DNA of 64,000 nt, from assembly GCA_951406725.2 (NCBI GenBank), contig OX597825.1, positions 82,026,001 to 82,090,000 on the forward strand, read 5' to 3'. The stretch is from Octopus vulgaris. Taxonomy: Eukaryota. The notes below the pieces were generated by a model. That model was not told the DNA's origin. It ran no database searches and saw nothing but the letters and a program-made list of their open reading frames with translations. Shown in pieces: positions 1-13,480 of this stretch (position 1 is the first letter of the stretch; every line of letters begins with the position of its first letter). Position numbers and translations under genes: made by a program.

Positions 1-236
1 ACAAACATTCTGGGTCGTATAATCTTTAATTGCTTTTAGTCGAACAGCAAAGACTGTAAGTTTCAGTCAAGCTTCAGAATGCGAACTTCCTGAAGTAAAT
101 AATTTTGACAGCATAATCTTCGCTCTTTGTTCAATGTCGTGAAAGACTACATTAAAACGCTATATATTTTGTATGTTTCCAATGAAATAAAGCTTTCAGG
201 GCCAGAACAATCTTCAATTCTGAATAGTTGCTGATG

Positions 237-466
237 TGTGTATGTATGTATGTACGTACGTACGTACGTATGTATGTATGTATGTATGTATGTATGAATA
301 TATTTATATATATATATAAATATAAATACATAGATGTATATATATATGTATATACATACATATGTATATATATATACACACACACAGACATATATATACA
401 TCTATAAACACACTTATATATATACATGTGTATATGTATGTGTATGTATATATCTATATAAATATA

Positions 467-551
<85 letters not shown>

Positions 552-690
552 CATACATATGTATACACACACGCACACACATATGTATACACATGTATAA
601 ACACACGCTTATACATGTGTATATATTTGTATGCATGTATGTATGTTTGTATGTATGTATGTATGTGTGTGTGTATGTACGTATGTATGT
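237..690. repeat. Compound (TATG)n/(TA)n/(CA)n microsatellite
   Basis: Directly visible simple repeats; source of the YIYI/MYVC ORFs. Confidence 0.95.
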
Positions 691-1194
691 AAGTAGTGTA
701 GTGTACGGAACAGACCCGTGACCTTGTTTAGAGTACAGTCCTTGTAAGCGGGAACAATGCTCTTACTATAAGCGAGCGAAGGTGCCTCTTTGTAGTCGCT
801 CGACTTACTAACTATAAATAACAACTGAATCCCCACCCCATCCCTTATTCCAAACTACTGCCTAGAACCGTTAGAAACGGACATACTTGATTACGCTAGA
901 TCTGGGCTGTCTGTACGTAGGATAAAATTTGTGGTGGTCATGACTTGATTGCTTTTTGATCATGGATCTGGCTCAGCACAACCATTTAATCCTTTGAGAA
1001 CAACAACTATAATAACAACAAAGAAACCTTTACATATATATGTTCTCGATGGCCTCCACCGACCCAATCAGCCTGTCAGATAAAGAGCAACCCTCCATTC
1101 ACATATTCCCTAAAGAACAAATATGATACATCCGCACTCAGCCTCTTTTCTCTTTTCTGCTTCAATGCTTTATGCTTCTCCGAATTTGGGTTCA

Positions 1195-1355
1195 GCTATA
1201 GCTGTATGGTTAAAATGTTTGCTTTGCCACCTCACGGTTCTACGATCGATCCCATCGCGCTGCATTCTTTTCCAAGTATTTTCCACTATAGCTTTTCGTC
1301 GATTTAAGCCTGTGAGCGAAATAGAGTGGATGGAAGCTGTACGGAAGTCCATCAT
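1195..1355 (+). mobile_element. Old diverged 5' part of CORE-type SINE (family B)
   Basis: gctgtatggttaaaatgtttgc...caagtattttccactatagc...aagcctgtgag...ggaagctgtacggaagtcc aligns loosely to the head of 6117-6280. Confidence 0.65.
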
Positions 1356-2124
1356 CAGATCTCTACTTTCCATTTTTTCGCCATCAGACCCGGTGGCCCA
1401 GCAAAAAGTCAGTTGTTCAGCCCTTCTTCTGCATACGATTACTAGAGAGAATTTTATGCATCTGCCTCTGTTCCAACGCATTTTTAAAATCGTTTAATGA
1501 ACGGGGAGGAGAACAGCACCTATGGTCCTAAATTTTATATTGCTCAGAGTTTCCGTAACTGGTTGAAAGAAGTAAGCATCGAACTGGAGATCTGGACCGA
1601 GTGCTTCAAACAGAGTGGACTCTGCCAACGACACTCAAAATCTAGGAGATGATGCTAATCCAGGCGGTACATAAATCTAATACATAAAAAATAACGGTCC
1701 TTTCAATGGACCTCGATATTTTCTCTCAGTTGAGTTTCATTCACAAATATTGGATTGAACCAGGCTATAGTAGAAGATCCTTGCCCAAGGTCCTGCGCTG
1801 TGTATCAGATATGAAACCACGTAACCGTGAAACGAATATCTTAACCATTTGGCTATGCTTTCGCCACTTGGTCATTCGGTACTTTGAGTAGAGTACGCTC
1901 TCTTTAAGCTTTCGGCCCAATTTACGGGTCAGGATAACGCATGAGTTGTGTTTTATTTTTGCTCTGGAGTAAGGAGCTATGACTGCTGCAGTACTTTTCT
2001 GAGACCGGTTAAAGTTCCCCTTTAGTATTTGCAAGATGAGAGCTGCTGGACAAACATGTGTAGAAGGTCGGCGTTCTGCGTGGGAAGAACCGGGTGTCGT
2101 AGTTATTACGGGATCTTAGAGATT

Positions 2125-2543
2125 CTTTTCTAGTCTAGGTACAGGGCCCGAAATTTTGAGGGAGGGGATCAGTCGATTAGATCGACCACAGTTCGCAACT
2201 GGTACTTAATTTATCGACCCTGAAAGGATAAAAGGCAAATTCAACCTCGGCGGAATTTGAACTCAGAACATAAAATTCTCTCTAGTAATCGTATGCAGAA
2301 AAAGGGCTGAACAACTGACTTTTTGCTGGGTCACCGGATCTGATGGCAAAAAAATGGAAAGTAGCGAGCTGATGATGGACTTCCGTACAGCTTCCATCCA
2401 CTCTATTTTGTTCATAGGCTTAATTCTACGAAAAGCTATAGTGGAAAATACTTGGAAAAGAATGCAGCGCTATGGGATCGATCGTAGAACCGTGACAGAC
2501 GTATTTCACCCGGCGTGCTAACGTTTCTGCCAGCTCACCACCT
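2125..2543 (-). mobile_element. tRNA-derived SINE family A, interrupted by a 227-bp insertion at 2269-2495
   Basis: Matches family A (gagctggcagaaacgttagcacgccggg...ctgagttcaaattccgccgagg...tttgccttt...gtcgataaattaagtaccag) on both sides of the insert. Confidence 0.9.
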
Positions 2544-2600
2544 GGGATCTTTGAGATTGTTGATGGTAGTGTGTTGTGCTAGATGTAATATGGTGAAAAC

Positions 2601-2900
2601 GCGTGGCTTAGTGTTTAGGGTGTTCGGTTTACAATTATAAGGTCCTGAGTTCGATTTCTGGCACGATGTTATGTCCTTGAGCAAGACACTTTATTCTACG
2701 TTGCTCAAATTCACTCAGATGGCAAAAATAAGTTGTGCTTATAATTCAAAGGGGCCAGCCTTGTCACGTTGTGTGTCAAGCTGAATTTTCTTGAGGACTA
2801 CGTTAAGGGTGCTCAGCCTCTGGCACGTTAGTTTCATGAGGTGTCCGTTCCGCTGTTCGGATCAGCTGGAACACTCGTCGTCGTAACAGACTGAGATCCA
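2601..2900 (+). mobile_element. tRNA-derived SINE family C (head H1 + tail T1)
   Basis: A-box-like tggcttagtgtt, B-box-like gagttcgatttc, CORE-like gtccttgagcaagacact; tail shared with 21697-21880. Confidence 0.8.
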
Positions 2901-2909
2901 GATACAATA

Positions 2910-3219
2910 TCGATGTGGAGAGAAGGAAGGAATGAGTCGGGAGTGCCAGAGTGAGGGCAGTTTGAGACCAGCCACATGCAAGAAGCAGAGGCCATTGCAG
3001 CAGCTGTAGAAAAGATAGATAGATAGATAGAGAGAGAGAGGAGAGAGAGGGAGAGAGGGAGAGAGAGAAAGAAAGATAGATAGATAGAGCTAGAGAGAGA
3101 GTGTGTGAGAGAGAGAGGCAAAAGTTAGGGTGAGGGGGTCGGTGAGAGAGAGAGAGAGAGAAAGTGAGAGAGAGACAGGGTGAAAGGAAGAAGCGGACTG
3201 AGAGATAGATAGAAAGATA

Positions 3220-3281
<62 letters not shown>

Positions 3282-3320
3282 AGAAGTGAGACACGAGAGA
3301 AAGAGATGAAGGGACACAGA

Positions 3321-3364
<44 letters not shown>

Positions 3365-3850
3365 AAAGTGGTGAGAGACAGAGCAGCAGTGAGAGAGAAA
3401 TAGAGAGGGAGAGAGAAAGTAACAGAGAAGGAGAGAGAGAAACAGAGAGAGATAAAGGGAGACAGAGAAAGAGAGAGTGAGACACACATACAGCTATATG
3501 AGAGAGAGAGAGGGGGGAGCAGGAAGAAAAGAACACAGCTGGGGGTCAGAGGCTGGTGAATGTCGATTAGCGATCTCATTGCAGTGAGTTGGGTGATCTT
3601 TCTTTGGAGAAAGACTGACATGTTTGTGTGTTTGTAGCAGCAACACAGATCCACTAAATATGGGACCAGGTGCTCATAGTGTGCCTCAGCTGAGCTCTGT
3701 AGGCGGTGAGTAGCCATTAGTGTTTGAAATATTTCCTGGCTCTGAAGAGGAAAGTCCCGTTTGGTGATGCAGTCTTTTGGTGAGCCGAGGACCTGTGATC
3801 GTCACGAGAGAGGTCCTCAATGAAAGTGAAACTCAGCATTTGCAGGAACC
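2910..3850 (-). pseudogene. Decayed CR1/Zenon-like LINE ORF2 C-terminal fragment, split by a GA-rich block
   Basis: Minus-strand translation FLFRARKYF..LLTAYRAQLRHTMSTWSHI, resuming after the block as FYSCCNGLC..VAGL; resembles the post-RT motif LYKAQ.RP.MEYCSHIW...LFYRYYNGLCS. Confidence 0.7.
3010..3515. repeat. Complex (GA)n/(GATA)n polypurine block, paralogous to 8740-9357
   Basis: Shares unique spacers gagacagggt(g/a)aaaggaagaagcggac and tagaaaagtggtgag(a/t)gacagagcagcagtgagagagaaa with 8740-9357. Confidence 0.85.
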
Positions 3851-3933
3851 TTAATGATTTAAGATATCCGCTGTCGGTGCTTCTCCTCTCATTTCCCTAC
3901 TTGTATCGAAGATTTTGTAAAAGTTCCCCTGAT

Positions 3934-3983
<50 letters not shown>

Positions 3984-3984
3984 A

Positions 3985-4036
<52 letters not shown>

Positions 4037-4481
4037 TACACACACAAGAAGAATCGCGTCGTGGAATTGGTTGGCGAAAAACAAAAAAAAAATGGGAAAA
4101 GAAAAACAAAATATCTTCACGTTCTCTGCAACATTGTAATTCAATCAGTGGAATGGTAACAATCCAACTCCGTCACGTTTCCTCAATATCTCTTGCTTAC
4201 AATCAGAGACAAGAGACGTTTGTTCATCCATTAAATGTCAGGTACAACAGGAAACGCTGCTACGTGTGTAAAAACAAATAAAAGCACCACACAGACTAGA
4301 ACTTTCTTTAGCATTGTGACCTTCATTTAGATGGCTTTAAAATGTTGTGGTATATAAAGAGGTCTGCTATTACACTGTTTTATCTTCCTATCCGTTCCCA
4401 ATCTTGACTTTTGAAAAAAAAAACCCACTGATATACGTTATATATGTGTGTACGTATATATGTATGTATGTGTGTGTGTGT

Positions 4482-4536
<55 letters not shown>

Positions 4537-4841
4537 TATATGTATGTATGTATGTAAATTTTTACATAAGCGCATAAAAACTATTTGTATGCTTATCTTA
4601 TAAAATGGAAACGAAGCTGATGTAATTTACGTAATCTGTTTAAAAGTTCCAAAGTAAATAAACTAATGAGAGACCAAGGACCGTTTGTGTGGCCCCCAGT
4701 ATTCCGTGTGAGACGAACGAGATACGAATCTTCTTGATATGATTCCTCTCAATAGCAAGTAACGTCCTAAAAGATGAAAGCTTAGCATATTTTTTGACGG
4801 TAGCATAAAACTTCTATCGTTAAACGTATTATCGAAATGTA

Positions 4842-5311
4842 AGGCGGCGAGCTGGCAGAAACGTTAGCTCGCCGGGCGAAATGCATAGCGGTTTTTCGAC
4901 TGCCGTTCAAATTCCGCCGAGGTCGACTTTGCCTTTCATCCCTTCGGGGTCGAGTAAATACGTATCAGTTACGCACTGGGGTCGATATACTCGACTTAAA
5001 TCCGTTTGCCTGTCCTTGTTTGTCCTCTCTGTGTTTAGCCCCTTGTGGGTAATAAATAAATAGGTATTTCGTCCGTTTGAAGGCGGTGAGCTGGCAGAAA
5101 CGTTAGCACGCAGGGCGAAATGCTTTGCGGTATTTCGTCTACCGCTACGTTCTGAGTTCAAATTCCGCCGAGGTCGACTTTGCCTTTCATCCTTTCGGGG
5201 TCGATAAATTAAGTACCAGTTACGCACTGGGGTCGATGTAATCGACTTAATCCCTTTGTCTGTCCTTGTTTGTCCCCTCTGTGTTTGGCCCCTTGTGGGT
5301 AGTAAAGAAAT
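4842..5311 (+). mobile_element. SINE family A tandem dimer (tail type B)
   Basis: Two units each starting ggcgg(c/t)gagctggcagaaacgttagc; central ctttgcctttcatcctttcggggtcgataaattaagtaccag resembles the Meta-type SINE core; both end ccccttgtgggta(a/g)taaa. Confidence 0.92.
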
Positions 5312-5644
5312 ATTTTTGTCTAACAAATATACTCGCAGAGAATTTGGACTTGAGAATCAAGGAATTTAACGTCCAATACAATATCCGTTCAGTCACTTTT
5401 GTCTTTCCATATTTAACGTTGAGTAAACAGTCCTCACCATGGCTTAGAGCTGTCGGTTTTGCTGTGAATTTTCTTGTCTTAATTAACGAATTACGCGGTG
5501 GCCGGGCTTGCTAGAGATAGCAGCCAAATCTCCATCAGATGTCGATAATGGCAGACATCGGACTATCTGGTTCTAGTTACGTAAAAAAGATGGGATGATC
5601 ATGATTGAAACACTTTTAATGATAGGTCTACTCAATCAGGATAA

Positions 5645-6097
5645 CACTGGTTTTCAAAGAAATTAAGGCAAACATAAAAATAGTTGTTCTAGCCTAATCC
5701 TGGGGCGCTGATTTCAGACACAAAACCAGTTTTCATTCATCACCTCTAGTTTTTCTGATGTACATTATTATGATTTTGTGACAATCCACGTAACCATATA
5801 TATGATCAATTTTTATTTTGTTTTCCAGGTTTATGTGGTACATTTGATACGCATCTCTAAAATGGCTTCAGACACTTCAAAACTCCGAGGATGCATCAAC
5901 GAAGCAAATTTATTCTGCTATGTGTTGGGGGATTTCCCGGCAGTTGTAAAGTGCCGAACAATTAATTCCCTCCTGAGAACTGCTTACTTTCATTATTTTG
6001 ACTGTAAAATTGGCGATCAGCACAAATCCTGGGTCCCACACATCTATTGTAAACCCTGCTACAATGAACTAACTGCATGATTTAATGGCAAGAAGGC
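5645..6097 (+). mobile_element. Chapaev3-like (CMC) DNA transposon 5' end with truncated transposase
   Basis: Starts CACTG; acceptor ttttccag at 5828; ATG 5862 gives RGCINEANLFCYVLG...AYFHYFDCKIGDQHKSWVPHIYCKPCYNELTA*FNGK, matching the FCY.CG...AY..YFG..GDQDKSW.PH..C..C...L..W..G motif. Confidence 0.8.
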
Positions 6098-6116
6098 ATA
6101 TATATATATATATATA

Positions 6117-6521
6117 GGCGCAGGAGTGGCTGTGTGGTAAGTAGCTTGTTTACCAACCACATGGTTCCGGGTTCAGTCCCACTACGTGGCACCTTGGGTA
6201 AGTGTCTTCTACTATAGCCTCGGGCCGACCAATGCCTTGTGAGTGGATTTGGTAGACGGAAACTGAAAGAAGCCCGTCGTATATATGTATATATATATAT
6301 ATATGCGTGTGTATGTTTGTGTGTCTGTGTTTGTCCCCCTAGCATTGCTTGACAACCGATGCTGGTCTGTTTATGTCCCCGTCACTTAGCGGTTCGGCAA
6401 AAGAGACCGATAGCATAAGTACTGGGCTTACAAAGAATAAGTCCCGGGGTCGAGTTGCTCGATTAAAGGCGGTGCTCCAGCATGGCCGCAGTCAAATGAC
6501 TGAAACAAGTAAAAGAGAGAG
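6117..6521 (+). mobile_element. Full-length tRNA-derived CORE-type SINE family B with internal (TA)n/(TG)n
   Basis: A box tggctgtgtgg, B box ggttcagtcc, CORE-like accttgggtaagtgtctt, 3' gaaacaagtaaaagag; near-identical to 13675-14140. Confidence 0.93.
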
Positions 6522-6522
6522 T

Positions 6523-6745
6523 ATATAATATATGACAATTATTCGGTAGCCATGAAAAAACTTCGAGTTTCGGGGGTCGGGGCGGAAACCCATGCCGCCA
6601 TCTCTTCAGTTATCCGGCCATCGAAAAAGGTGGCATTTTTTCGATGGCTGGATAACTGAAGGGATGGCGGCGTTGGGTCTCCGCCGCGACATCCGAAACT
6701 CAGAGTTTTATATCATGGCTACCGAATAATTGTCACATATTATAT
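6523..6745. repeat. Long fold-back (arms ~106 bp, loop ~7 nt) containing a hammerhead-like motif
   Basis: 6523-6628 is the imperfect reverse complement of 6637-6745. Confidence 0.9.
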
Positions 6746-6816
6746 TTACAGATAAATTCCTTTGTTTACATAACATCGAGATCTCTTTCATTCTTCTGTT
6801 ATGTTATAATTCCTAT

Positions 6817-6899
<83 letters not shown>

Positions 6900-7029
6900 T
6901 AATCGGTAGTAGATGTTCTAGGATGTCTCAAGGGCCGAATGTTTTATAGTTTGGCACTTATCGAACTTGATAAATGCTAATGTTCATACCTTTCGGCTCT
7001 TCAGTCGTTCTGTAACTTCTGTTGCCGAT

Positions 7030-7131
<102 letters not shown>

Positions 7132-7475
7132 AATAATTATGTGTGTGTGTTGCATTGGTGTTATGTAATGATAGAAAAAGAACGGGAGAGATTATTCTCG
7201 GATGAGGTTTTGCTTTCAAGAGTTGCAGCCATGTGGCAAAAAATGAGGCTTCACTATCAGAGGATTCGGTCTGAGTATACATAAAATAAAAAACAAACAA
7301 AATGTACTCTGGGGGAAAGGATTCAACTCTCAATGATGGTCTGACGTAGTTCATCGTTACAGTTCTAGGAACAGAGCGGAGGCGGGCGATATTTAAACAC
7401 AGACGTAACGTTTCCAATAACGTTTCTAGAGCCGAAATCGGAACATATTTAAAGTAGCAATAAATGTATTAAAGA

Positions 7476-7890
<415 letters not shown>

Positions 7891-8041
7891 AATATATATA
7901 TATATATATATACATGTGTGTGTGTGTGTGTGTATGTGTCTGTGTCTGTGTGTGGGTGTGTGGGTGTGTTGTGTGTGAATATATACATTATAAAGTCTTC
8001 TATATATTTACCGTAAGAACAAAGAAAGGTAAAGCATAGAT

Positions 8042-8151
<110 letters not shown>

Positions 8152-8739
8152 ATATATATATATATATTTATTCTCTTCAGAATCCAAAATTCACAAAGAA
8201 TGGAAGAATACCGAGAAAAATTCTGGTTCTCCATGGTGGCAGATCATGAAGGAAGGACTGAAGATTGTTCTGTTTTCACCTTTATGTCTTGTACCTATGT
8301 CTGACTTGATATTTAAATATCCCTTCTTTGTGTGTGCGTGTGTGTATGCATGTCAGTGTGTATGTGTGCGTTGCCTTTGTGCAAGGTGCGATCTGGAGTC
8401 TTTTAAAGAGTCTCTGGTTTTCTCGTCTAATATTAAACTATTTTAAGGCACCGATTGCTGTGTCAGTCGTACGTCTACCCCCACCCTGCACCATGCTCTA
8501 CCCCTCCCCGTCATAGAGTTCTTACTGTCTGTCTGCGTGTGAGGTGCTGGGTGGAAGGTTGGGGTTATATGGCGCGGAAAGATGTGATTCTATATTTCCC
8601 ACTGGTAAGAGAAACGTGGAGAAAAAGAAAACAGAAAAAAAACAAAAAAAAATGCAAAGGTAGAGACACAATAGCAGAAATACGTTCTGACGGTGTATGA
8701 AGAGAGAGATAGGAAGGGGGTGGCGAGAGAGTGAGAGAG

Positions 8740-8859
8740 AACAAGACAAAGGAAGAGAGAGACAGAGTTTGAGTGAGCGGATTGGTGAGAGAGAGAGAGA
8801 GAGAAAGTGTGAGAGAGACAGGGTAAAAGGAAGAAGCGGACAGTGATAGATAGATACAC

Positions 8860-8902
<43 letters not shown>

Positions 8903-9118
8903 AAGAGAACGCGTGCGCGAGAGAGAAAGAGACAAAAGTGAGAGACAAAGAGAAAGAGTGAAAGGAAAAAGCGGACTGAGAGATAGATAGAGAGTTAGAT
9001 GGAGAAGGGGAGAGAGAGTGAGAAAGAGAGAGATAGGAAGAGAGACACAAAGAGAAAGAGGTGAAGGGAGAGAGAGGAAGATATAGATAGATAGATTGAT
9101 AGATAGATAGATAGATAA

Positions 9119-9197
<79 letters not shown>

Positions 9198-9357
9198 TAG
9201 ATAAGGATATATATATATATACATATATATAGAGATAGATAGATAGATAGATAGAAAAGTGGTGAGTGACAGAGCAGCAGTGAGAGAGAAACAGAGAGAG
9301 ACAGAGAGAGTGAGACACACACATCCACACGTACACACACACAGATACAGCCATATG
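8740..9357. repeat. Complex (GA)n/(GATA)n/(TA)n block, paralogous to 3010-3515
   Basis: Same unique spacers in the same order as 3010-3515. Confidence 0.8.
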
Positions 9358-11064
9358 TATATACTTTGATTCAGACGAATTTTGAATTGTTACTCACAGT
9401 CAATATGAGCTTGCCAATAATAACGTTTGCCATAGAACTTCCGGTGCATATAGGGTCTACACAATTTCTGTCTGACACTTCCGCCATGACATTCCTGAGT
9501 GAAAATGAAAAGAAATAAAAATAATCACTCAAACGGGCAAAAAAGTTTATCAAATATTACTAATTAGTAAATGTGGAAGATAAAATATTAAATTTCTTGT
9601 AGTTTATTGCTCGGATATAAAAGTTTGTAGGTCAGTCTGATCCAGCAGATTTCAGATAAACAGCCCTCCAGCTGTGGCCACCTCGGCTTTTATTCAAACC
9701 TTCCGGATTGGTATTTTAGCTGTTTTTTTTTAAACACAAAGATAACATCTGTTAATAGTTTGATATTGGTATCTCTCTAGATTTTTCAATTAAGTGACTA
9801 CGGCTTGGAGACTCCCAACGAATCGTTTTAGTGATGTTGGCATTTAAAAGGAAGATCTAAGTGCCAACCCCAATGGAAACAGAATTCCTCCGAGGAACAG
9901 TGCTGTTACGTCTTGAAATACGTAATGGGATAACAATATTACGCAAGTTTTGTAATTAATAAGGTATGTGCTGCGTTGTAGGATCGAACGTGGAAAGACA
10001 AGATTACGAAGCAAACTACTTAACTCTTGAAAAACAAGATGGCTTCAGATTTTGGTTGAAGGCCAGCGATTTTAAGAGCAGGGGTTAGTCGGTTGCATCA
10101 ACCCCAGTGTTAACTGGAACGTGTTTCATCTTCCACGAAGGGTTGAAAGGCAATGCCCACCTCATCGAAATTTGAACAAAAAAAACATAAAGAGCCGGAA
10201 GAAAATATTGTTAAGTATTTAGTCCGAAGCGCTGACCATTCAGTCAGTTCTTTTCGAAAGGCAAAATAATGGAATAATATCACACAAGTTCTTTACTTAA
10301 CAAGATGGGTGCAGTGCTGTAAGATCGAACGCGAAACTACAAATTTGCGAAACGAACTTCTGAATTGCATAAAAATTAGAGATCATAAAACCGTTTATAA
10401 AAAGAAAAAAAATGAAGATTCAGAATGAAAGCGGGTGGGGGTTTTAGTAGGCAAGGGGTGGTGTAGGTGGTTATTGGAATCAGTGACATTCATGCCCTTT
10501 CCTTAGACATTGTGTAACTTCATTGAACAGAGAACGGTTGTTATTGATTAACTTCAGATCAGATTTGATCAAGAAGTCTTCTGATCAAAGTCGTTCCAAA
10601 CACGACCATCTAGATTTTTTCATACTTAACGTATTACGTCATACCCATTTCGACTCTTTACGTTCGGATTTCGATTTCTATTAAGGTTAATTTTATCTTT
10701 CATTCTTTTAGGATCAATAAAATAGGATATCGATCAGGTACCTGGTTCAATGGAACCGACTTGCTTTCTCCGCTCAAAATTGCTGGCTCTTTGCCACAAT
10801 TTGAAACCAATATTTCATACCCACTAACGGTATGATTGAGTAAGATATGACTGCTATTTCTAGCAGGTGAGCCACTTCGCAGAAGCCCTTTCGTTATCTT
10901 GTAACCATTTCGTGTTACGCAAGGGATTTTTGAATTACGTCGAGCTTCCATACAGTTTCCGTCTACTCAATTTGACTCACAAGGCTTGGATCAACAAGAA
11001 AAAAATTCTAGCTCAATATACGACGCTGTGGGAACGAACCCGAAACCTCATTTTAATTGATTTC

Positions 11065-11440
11065 AAGTTTTGGCACAAGGCCAGCAATATAGGTGTAAAT
11101 CGATCACATCGATCCCAGTGCTCAACTGGTACTTATTTTATCGATCCCCATAAGAATTAAAGGCAAAGTCGACTTCAGCGGAATTTGATCTCAAAACAAG
11201 AAATGACGCTAAACATTTTGCCCGGCGTGCTAACGATTCTGCCACTTCACCGCCTTAATAATGGTTTCAAATTTTGGTACAAGGCCAGCAATTTAGGGGG
11301 AGGGAGTAAATCAAGCACACCGAGCATTCTCCCCCAGTGCTCAACTGGTACTTATTTTATCGACCCCGAAAGAATTAAAGGCAAAATGGACCTCGGCAGA
11401 ATTTGAACTCGGAACGTAAAGACGGACGGAAAGCTGCTAA
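11065..11440 (-). mobile_element. Two tandem diverged family A SINEs
   Basis: Two copies of cccagtgctcaactggtacttattttatcga...aaaggcaaa...atttga. Confidence 0.85.
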
Positions 11441-11942
11441 ACGAGGCCTTTAATTACATCACTTGTCCATACTGGCGCACTGTTTCCCACAAGACACATA
11501 ATCATATCAAGGCTGGGGAATTTAGTTCATACAAGTTATGCATAAAATAAACTGAACACTCAAGATGGAAAGCGCGGGTGGAGGCAACATGGATGCTGCG
11601 TTGAAAAGTGTTGAGCTATAATTTATTATCTGCCACTATAATGTTAGTCTTTTTTTTATAATGGTATTTACATTTTGCCAGACAGCTTTCTTCACTTGAA
11701 CACACGTAATCATATCCTCTTTGTCTATTCTCATTAAAAAATACACATTTTCCTAACAAACAGTATACATACATACACACATACACACACACACACACAC
11801 ATATATATATATTTGTGTATGTGCGTGTATATGAGTGTATGTGTATGTGTGTGTAAATCTGTGTATTTGTGTAAAAGGGCGCGTGCATATACTGATGCAC
11901 AAAAAAACGTATATATGGCATATGTACATGGATATACTTATT

Positions 11943-11977
<35 letters not shown>

Positions 11978-12018
11978 GCATATGTATACATACATATATG
12001 TATACATACATACACATT

Positions 12019-12054
<36 letters not shown>

Positions 12055-12168
12055 CATGTATATGGATATGTACATGCAAATATATGTATATATATATATA
12101 CACACACATATATATATATGTACATATATGTGTGTACATGTATATATTCATATATATATATACATATG

Positions 12169-12208
<40 letters not shown>

Positions 12209-13309
12209 TGCATATACATATGCATGTGTCTATATATGTATATAAATACATATGTGTATATATTCATACATACACATAAGCCCGTATATATAAGGGTCCA
12301 CACACATATACATATGACGTTCATATGTTTGTCTCGACCACAGAGTACAAAACTTGTATGTCTGTGTGTGTGTGTGTTTGTGTGTCACAAACGTACGCAG
12401 TGCTTGTCAGAATGGTCGAGTATACACCATTATTTGGCAGAAGAATATAACGCCAACCCATTTTCGCTTTTCGTTTTTTTTCTTCTCTTTTTAAAGGGAA
12501 TAAGCATGACAAATACTTGATGAATGCGTAATAGCAATCTGTAAACCCGTTGCAAGATGCAAAACAATGCAGAAGTCAATGTAGAACTTAGATTGCTTAC
12601 AGAGATAACAAACAAAAAAAACGCGCCTTTTTGCAAATTCTTTGTTTGTGTCCTTGCCACCATATTGGCACCGCACTGTGGTGCCTTCATCCTTTGCACA
12701 ACGGGCAATAAGTATTTCCTCAGTTTGTTTAGTTTGTCAAAATATTTCTAAGACATGAAAATGTCATCATTTGGTTTTTGGAAGATAATCTAAAATTTCT
12801 TGGGAGTCAAATTCCATATTTTATGTAACTGATGCAGGTTTTTTGTTTTGCATGCTTCAAGCATTTAAAGTGAAATTTAAACATATTTCCAGATATGGCG
12901 TTTTTTTTCGCTGGTTGTTGTTGTTGTTGATTTAAGTGATTCACTCTTTCACTCTCTGTCTCTCTCCCTCTCTTTCCCCATGTCACTATCTTTCTGGTTG
13001 TTGTTGTTCTTCTTCTTCTTCTTGTTCTTCTCCTTTCTTCTTCTTCTTCTTCTTTCTTCTTCTTCTTCTTCTTCTTCTTCTTTTCTTCTTCATTCTTCTT
13101 CTTCTTCTTCTTCTTCTTCTTCTTCTTCTTCTTCATCGTCTATACTGTTGCTCAGTGGTGGTGTGTTAAATTTCTCCTTCATTCTCTCTCTCTTAATATA
13201 CATACATACGTAGACTCCCCCCCCCACACACATGCGCGCATTATTTAACCCTCTCACCCCACAATTCCAGGCCCTCTGCCTATAATAGAAAGGATTATTT
13301 ACGCATCCA

Positions 13310-13480
13310 AAGCGGCGAGCTGGCAAAATTGTTTGCACCTCGGGTGGCATTTCGTCCATCTTTACGTTCTCAGTTCAAATTCCGCCAGGGTTGACTATCC
13401 TTTCAAGGTCGATGAAATGTGTACCAGCTATGTACTGGGGTCGATATAAACGACCAGCCTCCCGCCAAAATTTCGGGGCA
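13310..13480 (+). mobile_element. Diverged family A SINE
   Basis: gcggcgagctggcaaaattgtt...cagttcaaattccgcc...gtactggggtcgat. Confidence 0.8.

Noticed and set aside
2803-3717. 304-aa ORF as a host gene
   Set aside because: It is an off-frame read through a LINE relic and a CT-rich tract; the LINE-like motifs lie in other frames with stops
6117-6190. tRNA genes at SINE heads (also 22010-22078, 38641-38705, 51550-51620)
   Set aside because: A/B boxes are present, but each continues into a SINE body and I could not fold a complete cloverleaf
6981-7010. Minus-strand CTGAAGA-GCC-GAAA-GGT as a hammerhead
   Set aside because: The GAAA is a stem-loop loop; no core GAAA or stem I follows
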